Positions 11,521 through 23,696 of a stretch of 64,000 bases of DNA are shown one piece after another. The translations under genes were made by a program, and so were the position numbers. Source of the stretch: Perkinsus chesapeaki ATCC PRA-425 (lineage: Eukaryota; Protista; Perkinsozoa); NCBI GenBank assembly GCA_013115145.1, contig JAAPAO010000106.1:11998-75997 (forward strand), written 5' to 3'. Position 1 is the first letter of the stretch; each line of letters starts with the position of its first letter. A model generated the notes under the pieces. The model did not search any database, had not been told where the DNA came from, and saw only the letters and a list, made by a program, of their open reading frames with translations.

Positions 11521-14077
11521 TCAATAGAAGTCGACATTCGCAGGGCCTTCGCAAGAGATGGCAAAGACTTCTGTACTCTGACATAAAACAAGGATCGTTG
11601 AAATGTTAGTGTCATCATCTAACCTTCTCAATCGTTCCTGTCTGTGGAACTTATCTACACTATAACCAGCTGGACCCGGTGAATCCTCCACTGGTGGTAT
11701 GAAGGAAGGCTCTCTACCATTCTTTACATAATCTCTAACACTAACCATTTAATCAACTTACAATCTGCTGACTCACCTGACAATCCGAGTACCATGATCT
11801 AATTGCAATGACGACGTCTTCGATGCGATGTCGTAACTGTTGATGATGAATCCAATCTTTCTCTCTTGCATATCTCTTACGTTCCAGGGCCTGGCGCAAA
11901 CTTCCGTGCAGCTTGTTCTTGGTCCAAATAAGTAGTCTTAGACCCTTTACCCATCGACACCTAGCGACCCATAAAAGCACTAGAGTGGTAAATTATGCAA
12001 CTTTACTTTGACATCATCCCACAGGCCAGATCCAGAGGGAAGGACTTTAGGATCATACGCTCCCGGTGGTGGTATCGATTTAGCCTTCATCAATTCAAAG
12101 TCTGTAGCTCCTGGTATTAAAAGCTTAGGCTTAGATCGTGCTATTTTAGGGGCTGGGTTCTCATTGATACCTACACAAAAGAACACATGTTTGGGGAAAA
12201 TACGGTATGAAAATCTTACTATTCATGTGATGACTATAATCGGCCGGGCCAGGCATTATCTGCCTTATATTCATAGGCTTCCCTTTAACACATTCCTGTT
12301 GCTGGAGAAGCATCTAAATAAAATACCCTACCCGGGGTTCGAACCAGGACCGCTTGCACCTTTCGTTGTGCCATAACCAGATCCTTGGTGGATAACATCG
12401 TTGCTATCTTCTCCTCTTTATCATCTATCTGTTTACCAATCAGATCCCTTCGGTATCGATCCACTCGTTGAACTAAAACGCACCAGGAGGTCCCAGGTTC
12501 GAACCCCGGTGACGGTATCTTACGTTCTTCTCTCTTTTCCTTAGCATCAATAATCTTAAAATGAGCTATCTTATGCTTCAAAGAACTATAGGAGTTCATA
12601 GCCTCATCACTTAAACAGTATATAACTCACTGGTGCGCTAATTCTGCCTCCTTTTTCTTTTCTACGGTATATACTTTATTATCAAACTTTTGCAGTATCA
12701 TTTGACCCTGTAGTGCCCTCTCAACCTCCAGCTCGGCAATCTTGTTGCTCATTGCAATCCTGAACCATCAACAAGATACTTCTTGAAGCTGTATTGTTTA
12801 AAAATCGACAGAAATGTATTCTTTACATTTTCCGAATAATCGTATGGAAAATAGGTTTGTGAGAACGCGCGTGTTGGTAGGGTCATCTGATGATGATGCC
12901 CCGCCTGATCGCCTACCGTTTCTTCTCCCATTCCTCGCTCTTCTCCGAACTTGTAATATTTTGCTGCATCTGCCACTCCTTCAATCTTTGTTCTTCCAGC
13001 AACTGATGTGCTGTGACATCAGCCTGTCGTGCCATATAATCCTATTATTATTAATACCATACAGTAGTAAAATATCTCTTTAAGTAGCCTACCGCTTCTA
13101 GTGCATCTAATCTACTTCGATTCTCCTCCATCTTATTATCAGTAACCTCCTTAACTTGCTGTCCTTTAGCCTCTACTTGTTTCTGCGCTACAGCGACCCT
13201 CTCCCTTCGATACCTACAACCAGCGATGCCTTTATATCACTTTTCAAGAGGACAAATAACAACAGCAAGATAGAAGAGTTCAAACTTATCACAAAGTGAA
13301 GTTGTTCAAGTAACGTTCACCGACCTCATAAAGTCACCATCGGAATCGCCGAAAAGTTCGCGCTGCTGAAAAATGACTCACAAAAGGACATTGTGAGACT
13401 ATATAATTCCATACCACACTTTCTCCTAATCATCACTAACTTACTTCTCTCTCAATTGCAATTGCCCTTCCCTTTCAATCTGCTCTCTATTCTCCCTCTC
13501 AACCGATATATGATACCTGTTCATAATATCCTAACAGTAGACATCATCAACGCCACCTACCTGGCCTGATTCTTAAGGTCCTTCTCTAACTTCGCAGCTT
13601 CTTTAGCAATCAGGCTCTCAATCATTTGTAGATTCTGCATTCCCTTACTCGCATGCGCCGAACTCGCTATTGGTGACTGCTCCCTCATTATTGCCTAAAC
13701 CAACCAGTTGAGCAAATAACTCCTCAATCTCCCTACCGCTCTCTCGGCAAGAACTCGACTAATTCTTCCTTGCCTCTTAGTTTCATAATGATTAAACCGC
13801 AATCGCTGAAGCTCAATAGAGTCTCCGGGAATGTAGAATCTAACTAGTGTATCCCATCCATCCACATTTTCATGTTTACTCTTGAAACTGTCGAGCCTTG
13901 AGATTGTCTGGACTCACGCCGGTGCGCTTCAGGGCCTCTTGTGTACCTATCCACCGTGAAGTAAAAAGGGTTTATCCTACTACACAATGTATGATTACGT
14001 GGTGTGATGGGTAGATCTTGTAGTGCATCGTTTGCTCCATCATCATCCCCTTCATCCTCTCGATGTCGTTTAGTCAT
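11521..14077 (-). CDS. Coiled-coil protein with C-terminal PGPxxY (SHIPPO/ODF3-like) repeats
   Basis: In-frame spliced model from MTKRHREDEG...ITPR|TQEALKRTGVSPDNLKARQFQE|FYIPGDSIELQRLRFNHYETKR through a K/E/R coiled coil to PGPADY, PPPGAY and SPGPAGY repeats. Confidence 0.65.
12324..12353 (-). pseudogene. tRNA-like 3' half in a 46-nt intron (12314-12359), sense to host
   Basis: Minus strand GCGGTCCTGG TTCGAAC CCCGG GTAGGGTA followed by TTTTATTTAG. Splicing restores the host frame (...AQRK|MLLQQQ...). Confidence 0.8.
12486..12517 (+). pseudogene. tRNA-like 3' half in a 51-nt intron (12473-12523), antisense to host
   Basis: GGAGGTC CCAGG TTCGAAC CCCGG TGACGGT A. Phase-1 splice restores EEL|QRVDRY. 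Confidence 0.8.
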
Positions 14078-14236
14078 TTCTCTGATATTCGCGCTTTCGT
14101 GTGACAATACCCTTTTATGACAAACACAACAACTGACAGGAAAATAAGAAAAATCAAACCACAAAAAATGTACTTCGCAAAAATAAGGAATTATCTCAAT
14201 AATTAGTAACCAAGATAACACTTGAATTCATTATTA

Positions 14237-16342
14237 TTATGCACCTCGTGATGACAGGACAGCATTAGTTGGATCACCGCCTTGCAGGAACACCAGATTC
14301 TGAGGTGGCGGGGCCATACCGGGAGGGACCACATGTCTGAAACTGCACCTAAAACATCAACAGCGATGATAATAATAATGCAGCAGCAGCAGCCACGTAT
14401 CACCTATCACCGTAGTGACATTGACCTCGAAGCCAGTGGCGACATATCTTAGATACCCCACCAACATCACTTCGTAACCTTTTATAAGCCGGACCGGTCT
14501 GGGACTAAAACACATTGGGGGTAGTTTTACGCACGCTGAAGAATTCAAAATAGGCATCATGAAACGGTTGATCGATTTAGTGACATGCTTTCAATTCTCG
14601 TTGAAGCGCTCGAAATTTTACGTCGCAACAGTCGCCAATATTGAGAGCAAAATCCAACTAAATACGGCTAAGTCGATCTCATTGCGTCGGGCCGTATTAT
14701 AATCCGCTCGCTTTTGTCGGAAACACGAGCGTTTGTAAATCGTAATATTAACTTGCTTACCGCGTCAAAGCCATGAGGCTGGTTCTCAGGAAGTCTCGGG
14801 TCCACTGCTCTCGGCTCATTATCATCATCATCACCATCCGCCTCGTCCTCCGAGACTTCGCCAAATGCACCACCGTCACTAGGCCTCTTTTTGCCGTTCA
14901 CTAACAGGTTCTGGGCGGCATAGAGCTCCTAAGGACAGTCTGATAGGAAATGACACCAAGTCGCGGTCTACATGTAACTTATCCTCTAGTGACTCTTGAG
15001 TCGATCCTTCAACCATTATCATCTGTATTGCCGGTATCTACCTCCATAATGTAGATTATCCATTAATATTAACAATACTGGTATTCCTCTCTGTGAACAC
15101 CAGACACCATAATCCTCGTAGACACCCTTCATCAAGTGTTCTACCATCTCGCACGTCCGTCTATACGATACCTACACCTTAGCCATACCACTCCTCCGCC
15201 AACTTAGCCTACCTCATCATTGCTAGACACGCATAGATGCAATGGTTCATCAGATTCCTTTTGTTCTGGACCCTCTCGATAGTTACCTGCCATCAACAGC
15301 ATGGTCCCTCGTCATCATATCACATCCGACCTACTTCTCCTTCCTCTAAGCCTTAACTTCGCGGCAGTTTTATTATGTATCTCTTTCATGTGCTCACCAT
15401 TTGGTCCAATAATCCGCCCCACTATAGGGAAATCTTTATGCATTCGTTCAGCACCGATAACAAACCTATCAAACCATATAAATCCCCACCAAGCACCACT
15501 CACCCTCACCTAGCGCACCATCTTCCTCCAGCACTCATAGCAGTAACGCCGTCAGTGTCCATACCAAGGCCGCAGCTTCCTGGGCCATCACCCCCTACCG
15601 AAAACGATACAATATTATACGCATATCCCCACCCACCTTCACGCTGTAAGCTAGCAGCCGCTGCGGTTTCGAGGAGATTCTGAACCAGTAAGAATCTCCT
15701 GCCGGCCTTTACTGCAGTGTACTACTCTGAGCTCTTTCTCAACGTCCGCACTGAACCGTTTGAGGCGAACAACGCAGGTGTCTCCCTCTAACTTTAGCAC
15801 CATTCCTAATAATAATATATCAAGATGATAATAATGCTCCTAACCATCCAAGTGATGTTGACATTCTTGAGCATCACCGTTCTCCTGAAACTCTATCAGA
15901 GCTACATCCGGCGCTGATACAGAGTCGAGGAGCTGCACGGTTTTCAATGGGCCGTATCTGTCGATGAGGTTATAGGTAAAATAAGGGGGACTTACTTGAC
16001 GAAAGTGGACCAGAGATCATTCTCGGAGAAGGCAAAGTCATTACGCACACCCTCCAGCATCAATACCAATGCAAATGATGACAAATCACCTACGATGATG
16101 ATGATCTGACGGAAATTTGGTACGAATTATTACCAGCTTGGGAAACATTATTCTGGTATGTTAAAAATGGATTTACCTTGTCCTTATGTCTTGTGTATTG
16201 AGTCGATTCTATTTAATAATAATTAACAGCCTTACTTCATATTATTACTTCCACCACGAGGGTCCAATGGTGATGATGACGAGGAGGAGGAGGGGGCGAT
16301 GCCGGTGGCGGGGGGCACTGGGTGGTCAACAACAGTCATCAT
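14237..16342 (-). CDS. KH-domain RNA-binding protein (SF1/KHDC4-like), multi-exon
   Basis: FPIVGRIIGPNGEHMKEIHNKTAAKLRLRGR (GxxG loop) followed by EQKESDEPLHLCVSS, typical of maxi-KH domains. Exact ends are approximate. Confidence 0.7.
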
Positions 16343-16426
16343 AAAACAATCTATAATACTATATTATTATAAATAACACAACAGCAAGATTTTACTATAA
16401 TAATTAACCATGACGTCATCTATTTT

Positions 16427-17026
16427 TTAATCTAAAAATTGCGCCAGCCACTTGAAGCCTTCCGCATACCCCATCCTCTTGACCACCGAACACATAAATA
16501 CCTCGACCGGGCGGATTCCAGATTCCTGGGCGCTCTGAGCGGCTCCTGACTTCACTTCCCTACCAAACGTGGTGTGAGAATGCAACCCCAAAGATTGTCT
16601 AAATTCCTCTTCACCAGCGGCATTTCTGATGTCGATCTTATTGCCCAGGACTACTATAGGAACCGCCGATAGCTCCTGACTCTCCATGAGGTGCCTCAGC
16701 TCTTCAGCTGCCTCGGGAAATCTTGTACGGTCCGCCGCATCGACCAGAAACACGATACCATCAACAGTGGCAAAATAATCTCTCCAAATCCTGCGGGCGG
16801 TTTCATGACCACCCAAATCGAAGGTTCTAAAGCGTATCTTTCCAATTAATAATTCTTCAGAGTGCGGGTGTAGTGTAGGGACATGAGTAGCGACCTTATC
16901 ATCCTTCAACATGTGCAATAAAGTTGTTTTGCCAGCATTGTCCAACCCCAGAAATAATATCTTTGCATTCTTACGAGACAGGCCAAGATAGCCTAACACG
17001 TCCCAGATCCAATTTACTAGGAACAT
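16427..17026 (-). CDS. SAR1: Small GTPase SAR1 (COPII), intronless
   Basis: [13 protein letters not shown] and GNKID motifs, plus the C-terminal [20 protein letters not shown]. Confidence 0.97.
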   Translation of the reverse strand: MFLVNWIWDVLGYLGLSRKNAKILFLGLDNAGKTTLLHMLKDDKVATHVPTLHPHSEELLIGKIRFRTFDLGGHETARRIWRDYFATVDGIVFLVDAADRTRFPEAAEELRHLMESQELSAVPIVVLGNKIDIRNAAGEEEFRQSLGLHSHTTFGREVKSGAAQSAQESGIRPVEVFMCSVVKRMGYAEGFKWLAQFLD

Positions 17027-17418
17027 TTAGCGAGATTAATAAAAAGCTAATCAACAATAATAAATAACAGCAACAGCAACAACGACGACGATCAATTTGA
17101 ATTCCAAAAGTGCACGAAAAGTTTTCATGCACTTTCCAGACATAAGAGGATGATTCCATATTAATTATGATCCCGGCAATAGTGATGGGAATATAAGAGT
17201 AATAAGGTAGCAGACCGGAGAGAAGGGCACGGTTTGCCGAGCATTACACAACATTAATTTCGGTCAGTTTAGTAAATTCAGTAGGATTTTCGTAATAGAA
17301 AATGACCGTTGGTGCGCCTTTTAGGCGACTTTGAGGTCAGATAGTAATATATCTTCTTCAGCAACATGATCGGTGAATAATTCAGCTCTCATTTGTTGTT
17401 GTTAACTACCTTATCAAA

Positions 17419-18880
17419 ATGGCACGCTCGGAGGAGAAGGCTATGCATCTGTTAAATCGATGGGTCGATCAACAAAGGAAAATTGAAAGTGGTACCTTAT
17501 TTCGGCGACCAGCGAGCTCGAACAGGCCAAGGTATTACAGGCTGTTAAATAAATACTATATGACAATAGGTATGCCTCCGATTGCACTTCCCTGAAGGAC
17601 TGTGTATATTGGAGGCAAACTTTGGTTCGAGATATCTCCAGGAACATTTCTGATATACAGAATGCGTCATTAGGAGAGCAGAAAATAAGGGATATTAATG
17701 ACACGATCAACAGATTGTTACGAACTAAGTAATAATCTATAATAGGTAGTGCTTGACTGTGTTGTAGAAAGCATTGGGAGGATCAAATAAGAGCTTTGGG
17801 AGGGCCAGATTACACCGCGATGAGAGCTGGAGCGGGAGATGCTGGTGAAGGTGCTGAAATTATTGGAGGAAGTAATGTCAAGTGAACATTGGTCTGATGG
17901 TAGTAGTTGTTATTAGATGGTTACAAGTACTTCGGAGCTGCTAAGGACTTACCGGGAGTAAGAGAACTGTTCAAGAATCAAAGGGCGATGCGGGCAGCTG
18001 AGGAGGCGGAAAGGAAAAAGAGGAAGACTAGGAAGGAGCTGTAATATAGTGGAGGGGGTTGGCAGCCGCAGCAGCAGCTCTTGCGGTCGAAAACATGCTT
18101 AGGTGGATTAGGAAATGAAAATTGACAAAGGTCGGAGTGGACTTTTCGTTGAGTCCAGAGAACTTCACGAGTCGATTGGTGTAGTTGGACTAGTATGCCG
18201 ACGTTGATTTAGAGTTATTTAACAATAGGAAGATATAGGCCGACTTATCTTATGATATATCAACCTCGATACCATCTGAAAGGATTAAAGTCGGCTCATT
18301 AATAGAGGGTTGTCTCAGATGACTTGTTGATAGGTACCAAGATATTGAACCAGACTACTTTGGCTGGCGAGCTGATGATGACGAGGTTCAGGTATGGTCT
18401 ATTAAACACTTAAATCTACTCTGAATCAGTTACTCGAGGAATCTCAACGAGAGCTAGAGTTGCAGCTGGAGGCAGAGGAGGAGTAATTATATAATAATAT
18501 TATCATATTACCGTACCGTTTAGGTATCGTCGAACACACAGTGTTAGTCCTCACAAAAGGGCTCGAGCTTCCTCAAGTGGGAGTGCTGGGAGCGCTACTA
18601 GTGCGACACATGGAGGAGGGCAGCCGTCATCGCCAAGCCGCAGACAAACGACTGTTGCATCGACTAACAAATCGTGCGTACTAGTAATTATGTGTCGCGC
18701 AGTTTGGTATTCAGGTTCGTCGCGGTGCCTTCCGAGGGGGAGATTGATAAACTGATACTTGCCAAAAAGAAAAAGTTGTTGATGGAGCAATATGTTAGTG
18801 ATAAAGATAAGGAACAGCAGAAGGAGACCGAGGCGATGCTGATGCCGGATGAGACTAGTAAAGCCCCAAGGGGTAGATAG
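17419..18880 (+). CDS. ISY1: Pre-mRNA splicing factor ISY1, multi-exon
   Basis: MARSEEKAMHLLNRW; IQNASLGEQKIRDINDTINRL; EDQIRALGGPDY; GYKYFGAAKDLPGVRELF; F...VAVPSEGEIDKLILAKKKKLLMEQY. Confidence 0.92.
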
Positions 18881-19424
18881 GAAATGTGTTTTCGAAAGTT
18901 CATACGTTAGTTATATTTCTAAAGGGACATGCTGTTGTGTTATCAAGTTGGTGATAATATACAAGACGATAAATATAGGTATGGCTATATAATAGTATCG
19001 GCAATAATCTTGAGAGTCATCGAACATCTGGCAACTTCGGTGTTAGTTCGGCGCCCAGGATTTCAACAGTACTGCTAGTGTCGGGTGCTTAGCGGTCGAT
19101 GTGGACGAATGTGGCTTGATTAAACTCTCCTTCCTACTTTAACGTTTTATTGCGCTGAGTTCAGAAAGCCAAATGACTTGGAAAAGGTGCAAGATTGAGT
19201 GCATTCGCTCAAGGTTGACGATATGCGACCGAAATGGTGTACATCGGTACAAGGCATTGCTGAAACACATGTTGAAGGATTGTTGAGTTGATAGTTGATG
19301 ATGGTATAAGAGGGCCTGCACGAAAGTATCTGCCCCGGTATGTGATAAAGTCATGTAATTGAAAGCTGGACCTACTAAACTGCGCTGAGGGAACGGGAGG
19401 TCCTCATTGAGACTGTAATCAACT

Positions 19425-19811
19425 GGCATCTACGGTACCGAACTGCTGCTGTAGTGGCATCTACGGTATCGAACTGCTGCTGTAGTGGCATCTGCGGTAT
19501 CGAACTGCTGCTGTAGTGGCATCTACGGTATCGAACTGCTGCTGTAGTGGCATCTACGGTATCAAACTGCTGCTGTAGTGGCATCTACGGTATCGAACTG
19601 CTGCTGTAGTGGCATCTACGGTACCGAACTGCTGCTGTAGTGGCATCTACGGTACCAAACTGCTGCTGTAGTGGCATCTACGGTACCGAACTGCTCTAGT
19701 GGCATCTACGGTACCGAACTGCTGCTGTAGTGGCATCTACGGTGCCGAACTGCTGCTGTAGTGGCATCTACGGTGCCGAACTGCTGCTGTAGTGGCATCT
19801 ACGGTATCAAC
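19425..19811. repeat. 31-bp minisatellite, about 12.5 copies (GGCATCTACGGTAYCGAACTGCTGCTGTAGT)
   Basis: Units start at 19425, 19456, 19487 and so on at a 31-bp period. The 9th unit has a 3-bp deletion; otherwise few substitutions. Confidence 0.97.
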
Positions 19812-20176
19812 TTGTCACCGTTGTTATATATTGTACGTTACATTATACTATTAGTGAACTCAACAATGGTTGAGCAACAAAAAGTTCAGTGCTGCAGTTG
19901 AGCCGTTTGTAACTTTTGAAAATTCACAGTAAAAGGTTAAGGTAACATAGACTTTAGTACAAATGACAACATACCAATGAAGCTCATTGAGTGTAGATGT
20001 ATCCAGATTTGCTTAGTAATCAAAAGCTGAAATGGAATTGTGAGACGGGATAGTAGAGGAGCATAGTGATCATCATCATGGCATCCTGGCACTTCCTTAG
20101 TTAAGCTACATGTGCGAATTGAAGTAGCCGGGAGCATGGTGTGGATAAATGAAAGATACCTAACTTGCAGTAAATA

Positions 20177-21262
20177 CTATAGTTTAGCTTTTGCATATCC
20201 AATAGATCTACCATTTGAGGGGAAGTGGTAATACCTCCCAAAGAAGGCAGGCATACCAAACACAATAGCTTTATCGTCATCATCGAGATTTAAGCGTAAA
20301 TAACACTCACCTTCATGTTCCCAGACCAAGGCTTGAGGGGACACTTCAAGCAGGAATTTCTCGCCTTTAAGACCTTCCACAGTGAACGTCAGTGGCGGTA
20401 CATTGCCAGTGTCTGAGCAAGAGATAACCAACTCGGACTCTACTTGTTGAATTGAGAACTTCTCCTTCCCAGCTGCTTGTAGGTAACCAAGCACTTGGGA
20501 CTTCCACTTTTTATTAATAAAGATATGTGAGCTTCCCGTATCGAAAACGGCAGGATAAGTCATATTGATGACATACTTGGGATCGCCGACCCCGACTCGG
20601 AGACTATGCAGCTGTACAAATTGCTCATCTTTGTTAACAATTTTGAAGAGCTTCAATGGTCCTGCTCGTTTTGATGGATCCTCACCCCCGAGAATGATTT
20701 CACCGGATGCGAAGTCTTCTTCATTGAAATACACAGTGAAAGATTCATATTCTATAACGTTCTTAGTGGCCAATTGCTGGACTAGAGATTGGTAAGCTTT
20801 CGGCTCTGCATCTGCAGCAGGCTTTAAGCCCAGTGACGCCCAGATATTCCACGGGTTGCCATTGAAGCGGGCCACCAGACCGAAGTCTATCTCCCCGGCC
20901 GATTGTGCACGACCAAAGTCGAAAGTGCCACTGTGAAGGAAGACTGAAACGCACGCGTGGTCTTCGAACCAAAAGTCCTTCGTTGGGCCTCCCTGGCAAG
21001 ATGGTTCACATTCAAAGCAACCGAAAATAATATCAACGCACTTTTGGTGAGGATCTTCGAACCAATCCTTCCACACAAGAGAAAGGACTGGTGTTCCGGT
21101 GTCGACCAGAAGCCTCACGTCTTGACCATCAACCTTTAACTTAGCCAAGGGTAATGGGTATACATCATGGAGATCAGTTAACGCTGATGAAATGCTTACC
21201 TTGATCAACTGGACGGAGCTTACAAGTGTGAGCGTGACAAGGAATCCGAGCAACATCGACAT
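20177..21262 (-). CDS. Secreted pepsin-like (A1) aspartyl protease, intronless
   Basis: Two catalytic motifs LLVDTGT and AVFDTGSS; signal peptide MSMLLGFLVTLTLVSS; C-terminal IGYA. The ORF track starts upstream at 21325. Confidence 0.92.
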   Translation of the reverse strand: MSMLLGFLVTLTLVSSVQLIKVSISSALTDLHDVYPLPLAKLKVDGQDVRLLVDTGTPVLSLVWKDWFEDPHQKCVDIIFGCFECEPSCQGGPTKDFWFEDHACVSVFLHSGTFDFGRAQSAGEIDFGLVARFNGNPWNIWASLGLKPAADAEPKAYQSLVQQLATKNVIEYESFTVYFNEEDFASGEIILGGEDPSKRAGPLKLFKIVNKDEQFVQLHSLRVGVGDPKYVINMTYPAVFDTGSSHIFINKKWKSQVLGYLQAAGKEKFSIQQVESELVISCSDTGNVPPLTFTVEGLKGEKFLLEVSPQALVWEHEGECYLRLNLDDDDKAIVFGMPAFFGRYYHFPSNGRSIGYAKAKL

Positions 21263-21819
21263 TATCACAAATGTTTTAGACAATGTGCAGTGCCATACGG
21301 TGATAATGTGACCGTGACATGACACTACTTAGGTCACGGATTTTACACGATTCGATTATCAAACGCATGAAACGCAGAATCCAAACGATGATGACTAGCA
21401 AATCACCAACAGAATGTTACGGGCTTTGTTCCTTACCGATAGGACTGGACCCTTTGTTAGATGGCTTAACTCAATTGTGGGTGTCTTAGTAGCAGGTACC
21501 GAATATCATCTTGGCATTTACTGAGTTGTCGGTGTCTCTCACACACACTGGATCGTACTATTAGCCATCAATATCCTTGCTGAGTGGTAGAAGGGCATGA
21601 CATTGTCTCTCTACTTTGAGCCAACGGTGACTGACAAGGTACCCTTATTAGAATCAGCACTTAGAGTTACTGAAAAGCTAACCTAATGTGTATAGTGTAG
21701 CCACCAGACATTTACGCGACAGGCGTGTAGGCTGTGCCACTATATGATACTTAACAAACCAAAATAACGTGATTTATCATTATTAGAAACATAAGTAAGT
21801 GAGATAAGAATTTATTGAA

Positions 21820-23610
21820 TTACAATAAAGCTGTTATTGCATTCCGCAGTAGTAATAGAGAGTCTGTAAGGTGATCCATACGGTGCAATCAACGCCATCA
21901 TTCCGGTCACTTGACACTTTTGCTGTTGAGTACATATATAGCAGCAGCCGCGCACTACTCGTCTTTAGCAGCAATAACATTATATGCTATGAAACCAACA
22001 GCAGTAAGGACGGCACCTAGCAGGAGACGGTTGAATGGAGGAATGAGCAAGAGAGAGATGGTTACCGGCCCATGCGCCTGAAGACAGTCTTAGACCTTTA
22101 ACAAGCATATCGAAGATCAGAGCTGTCGGGACACAGAGGATCGTACCTAGTTCGAGGGAAGGACTATAAAAATGCAAGACAGCCGATATGGCGACTTACC
22201 CATAGTAACCCAAAGTGGGGACAGCGACACAAGGCCAATGCACATAGCAATATTAAATGCCCAATCGGCAAGGGTTACACATAACATAGCTAGTATATCA
22301 CTTTGAGAATAGTCACTGAGATAATAGAGTATAAAATGGTAATAATAGATAGGTAGACGTACGGTAGATTATTATGATATGCTCCTATGCATAGAGTGAA
22401 TATAAGAAAGATGCAGGCTGGTACAGCACGGAGACCAAGTAGGAGTAGGATATCCTCCACTTGACATTTGATAGAATCGGAATCTGGAAGAACAAACTGT
22501 TCTGTTGAGTTATTTAGTTGTCACCTTTATCAGCAATGTTAGTATTAGATATTTGTGAACATACTGGTGATGCCCATTTAGCATAAAGGATATCGAAGAT
22601 ACCATATAATAGCGTAGCTACAGATACCTCGACACATGAAGTAATGCTGTTAGTTATACCATCAGACTCTTTTGTATCTAATCATTGATATTGATACTTC
22701 ACAAAACTAGGGTGGACTACCGGACGATGACATCACCACTATTCCGAACACCGCTACCACTATGCAAACCAACTTGGGTATATACGCAGGTGTTGCCCCG
22801 TCCTGACACAGTCGGCATGTGGAAAGTAACCAAGTCGCCCACTTACTATAAATAAATCTAAAAAGAATACCACAAGAGGAGTCGTTTGATATATTATAGT
22901 ATTAAGTGCTACGGACATGCCTTTAAGGGACATATACCAGAACCATATCTGAACCAGCCACATCGTACCTAAAGCACAGTGAGCAAGAGGAGGGGAAAGT
23001 GTAGAGGTGATCCAACCTAATATTAGCATAATATTATTGAGATGCAGTATTGATTGTTTATTGGGGAGTCCGAGTCCACGACTTCTCCTCATTATCGTCC
23101 ATGGTATTAACAGTAATATATAGGATGTACAGGATACTCCAGCAAATACAGCTGGGAAATGGGTCAAGTTGGGAAATGCCTGACATAAAGTACAATACTT
23201 TACAATACACATACACTCTCACCTGTGTAGTCTCACCCATGAGAACCCAACTGCAAACAAGAACGACTTCAATTGTTACTGTAAAGATAACTCCATGCAC
23301 CTTTCTCGACGACCCTCTTGACTGCGTATTAAGGGTATCTTAGGAGACTAGTATGGTGAAGAGTTACTCTTGTATTGTTACCGATAGTGTAATCTCCAGC
23401 AAGGAGAGGGATATCCTTTGAATACTGTGTTGTCATGATAAACGATGTAAACTGCAACACTTTGTGATCAGGGAGAGGGTTGAAATCGTTGAGGATATTG
23501 ACATTGCTGGCAAGCCTTCCGTGCTCAAAGCATCCTTCTCTTTAATACGTTTTCTCTCTACATTTCGTCGTAGGTGTTTATGCTCACGTTCGTGTCACTA
23601 TCGGTAATGA
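21820..23610 (-). CDS. Drug/metabolite (EamA/SLC35F-like) transporter, multi-exon, approximate ends
   Basis: Hydrophobic exons including WFWYMSLKGMSVALNTIIYQTTPLVVFF and PTALIFDMLV, typical of SLC35F/THI74-type proteins. Confidence 0.6.
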
Positions 23611-23696
23611 CCATTAATAGGTTCGCATGAATACTTTAATGATGTCGGAGGGTACTCGGCACGCAAAACCGTAACAATACAGGAAAACTGATTGGT

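Noticed and set aside
19425-19811. CRISPR array interpretation of the 31-bp repeat
   Set aside because: The units are head-to-tail with no unique spacers, there are no cas genes, and the context is eukaryotic.
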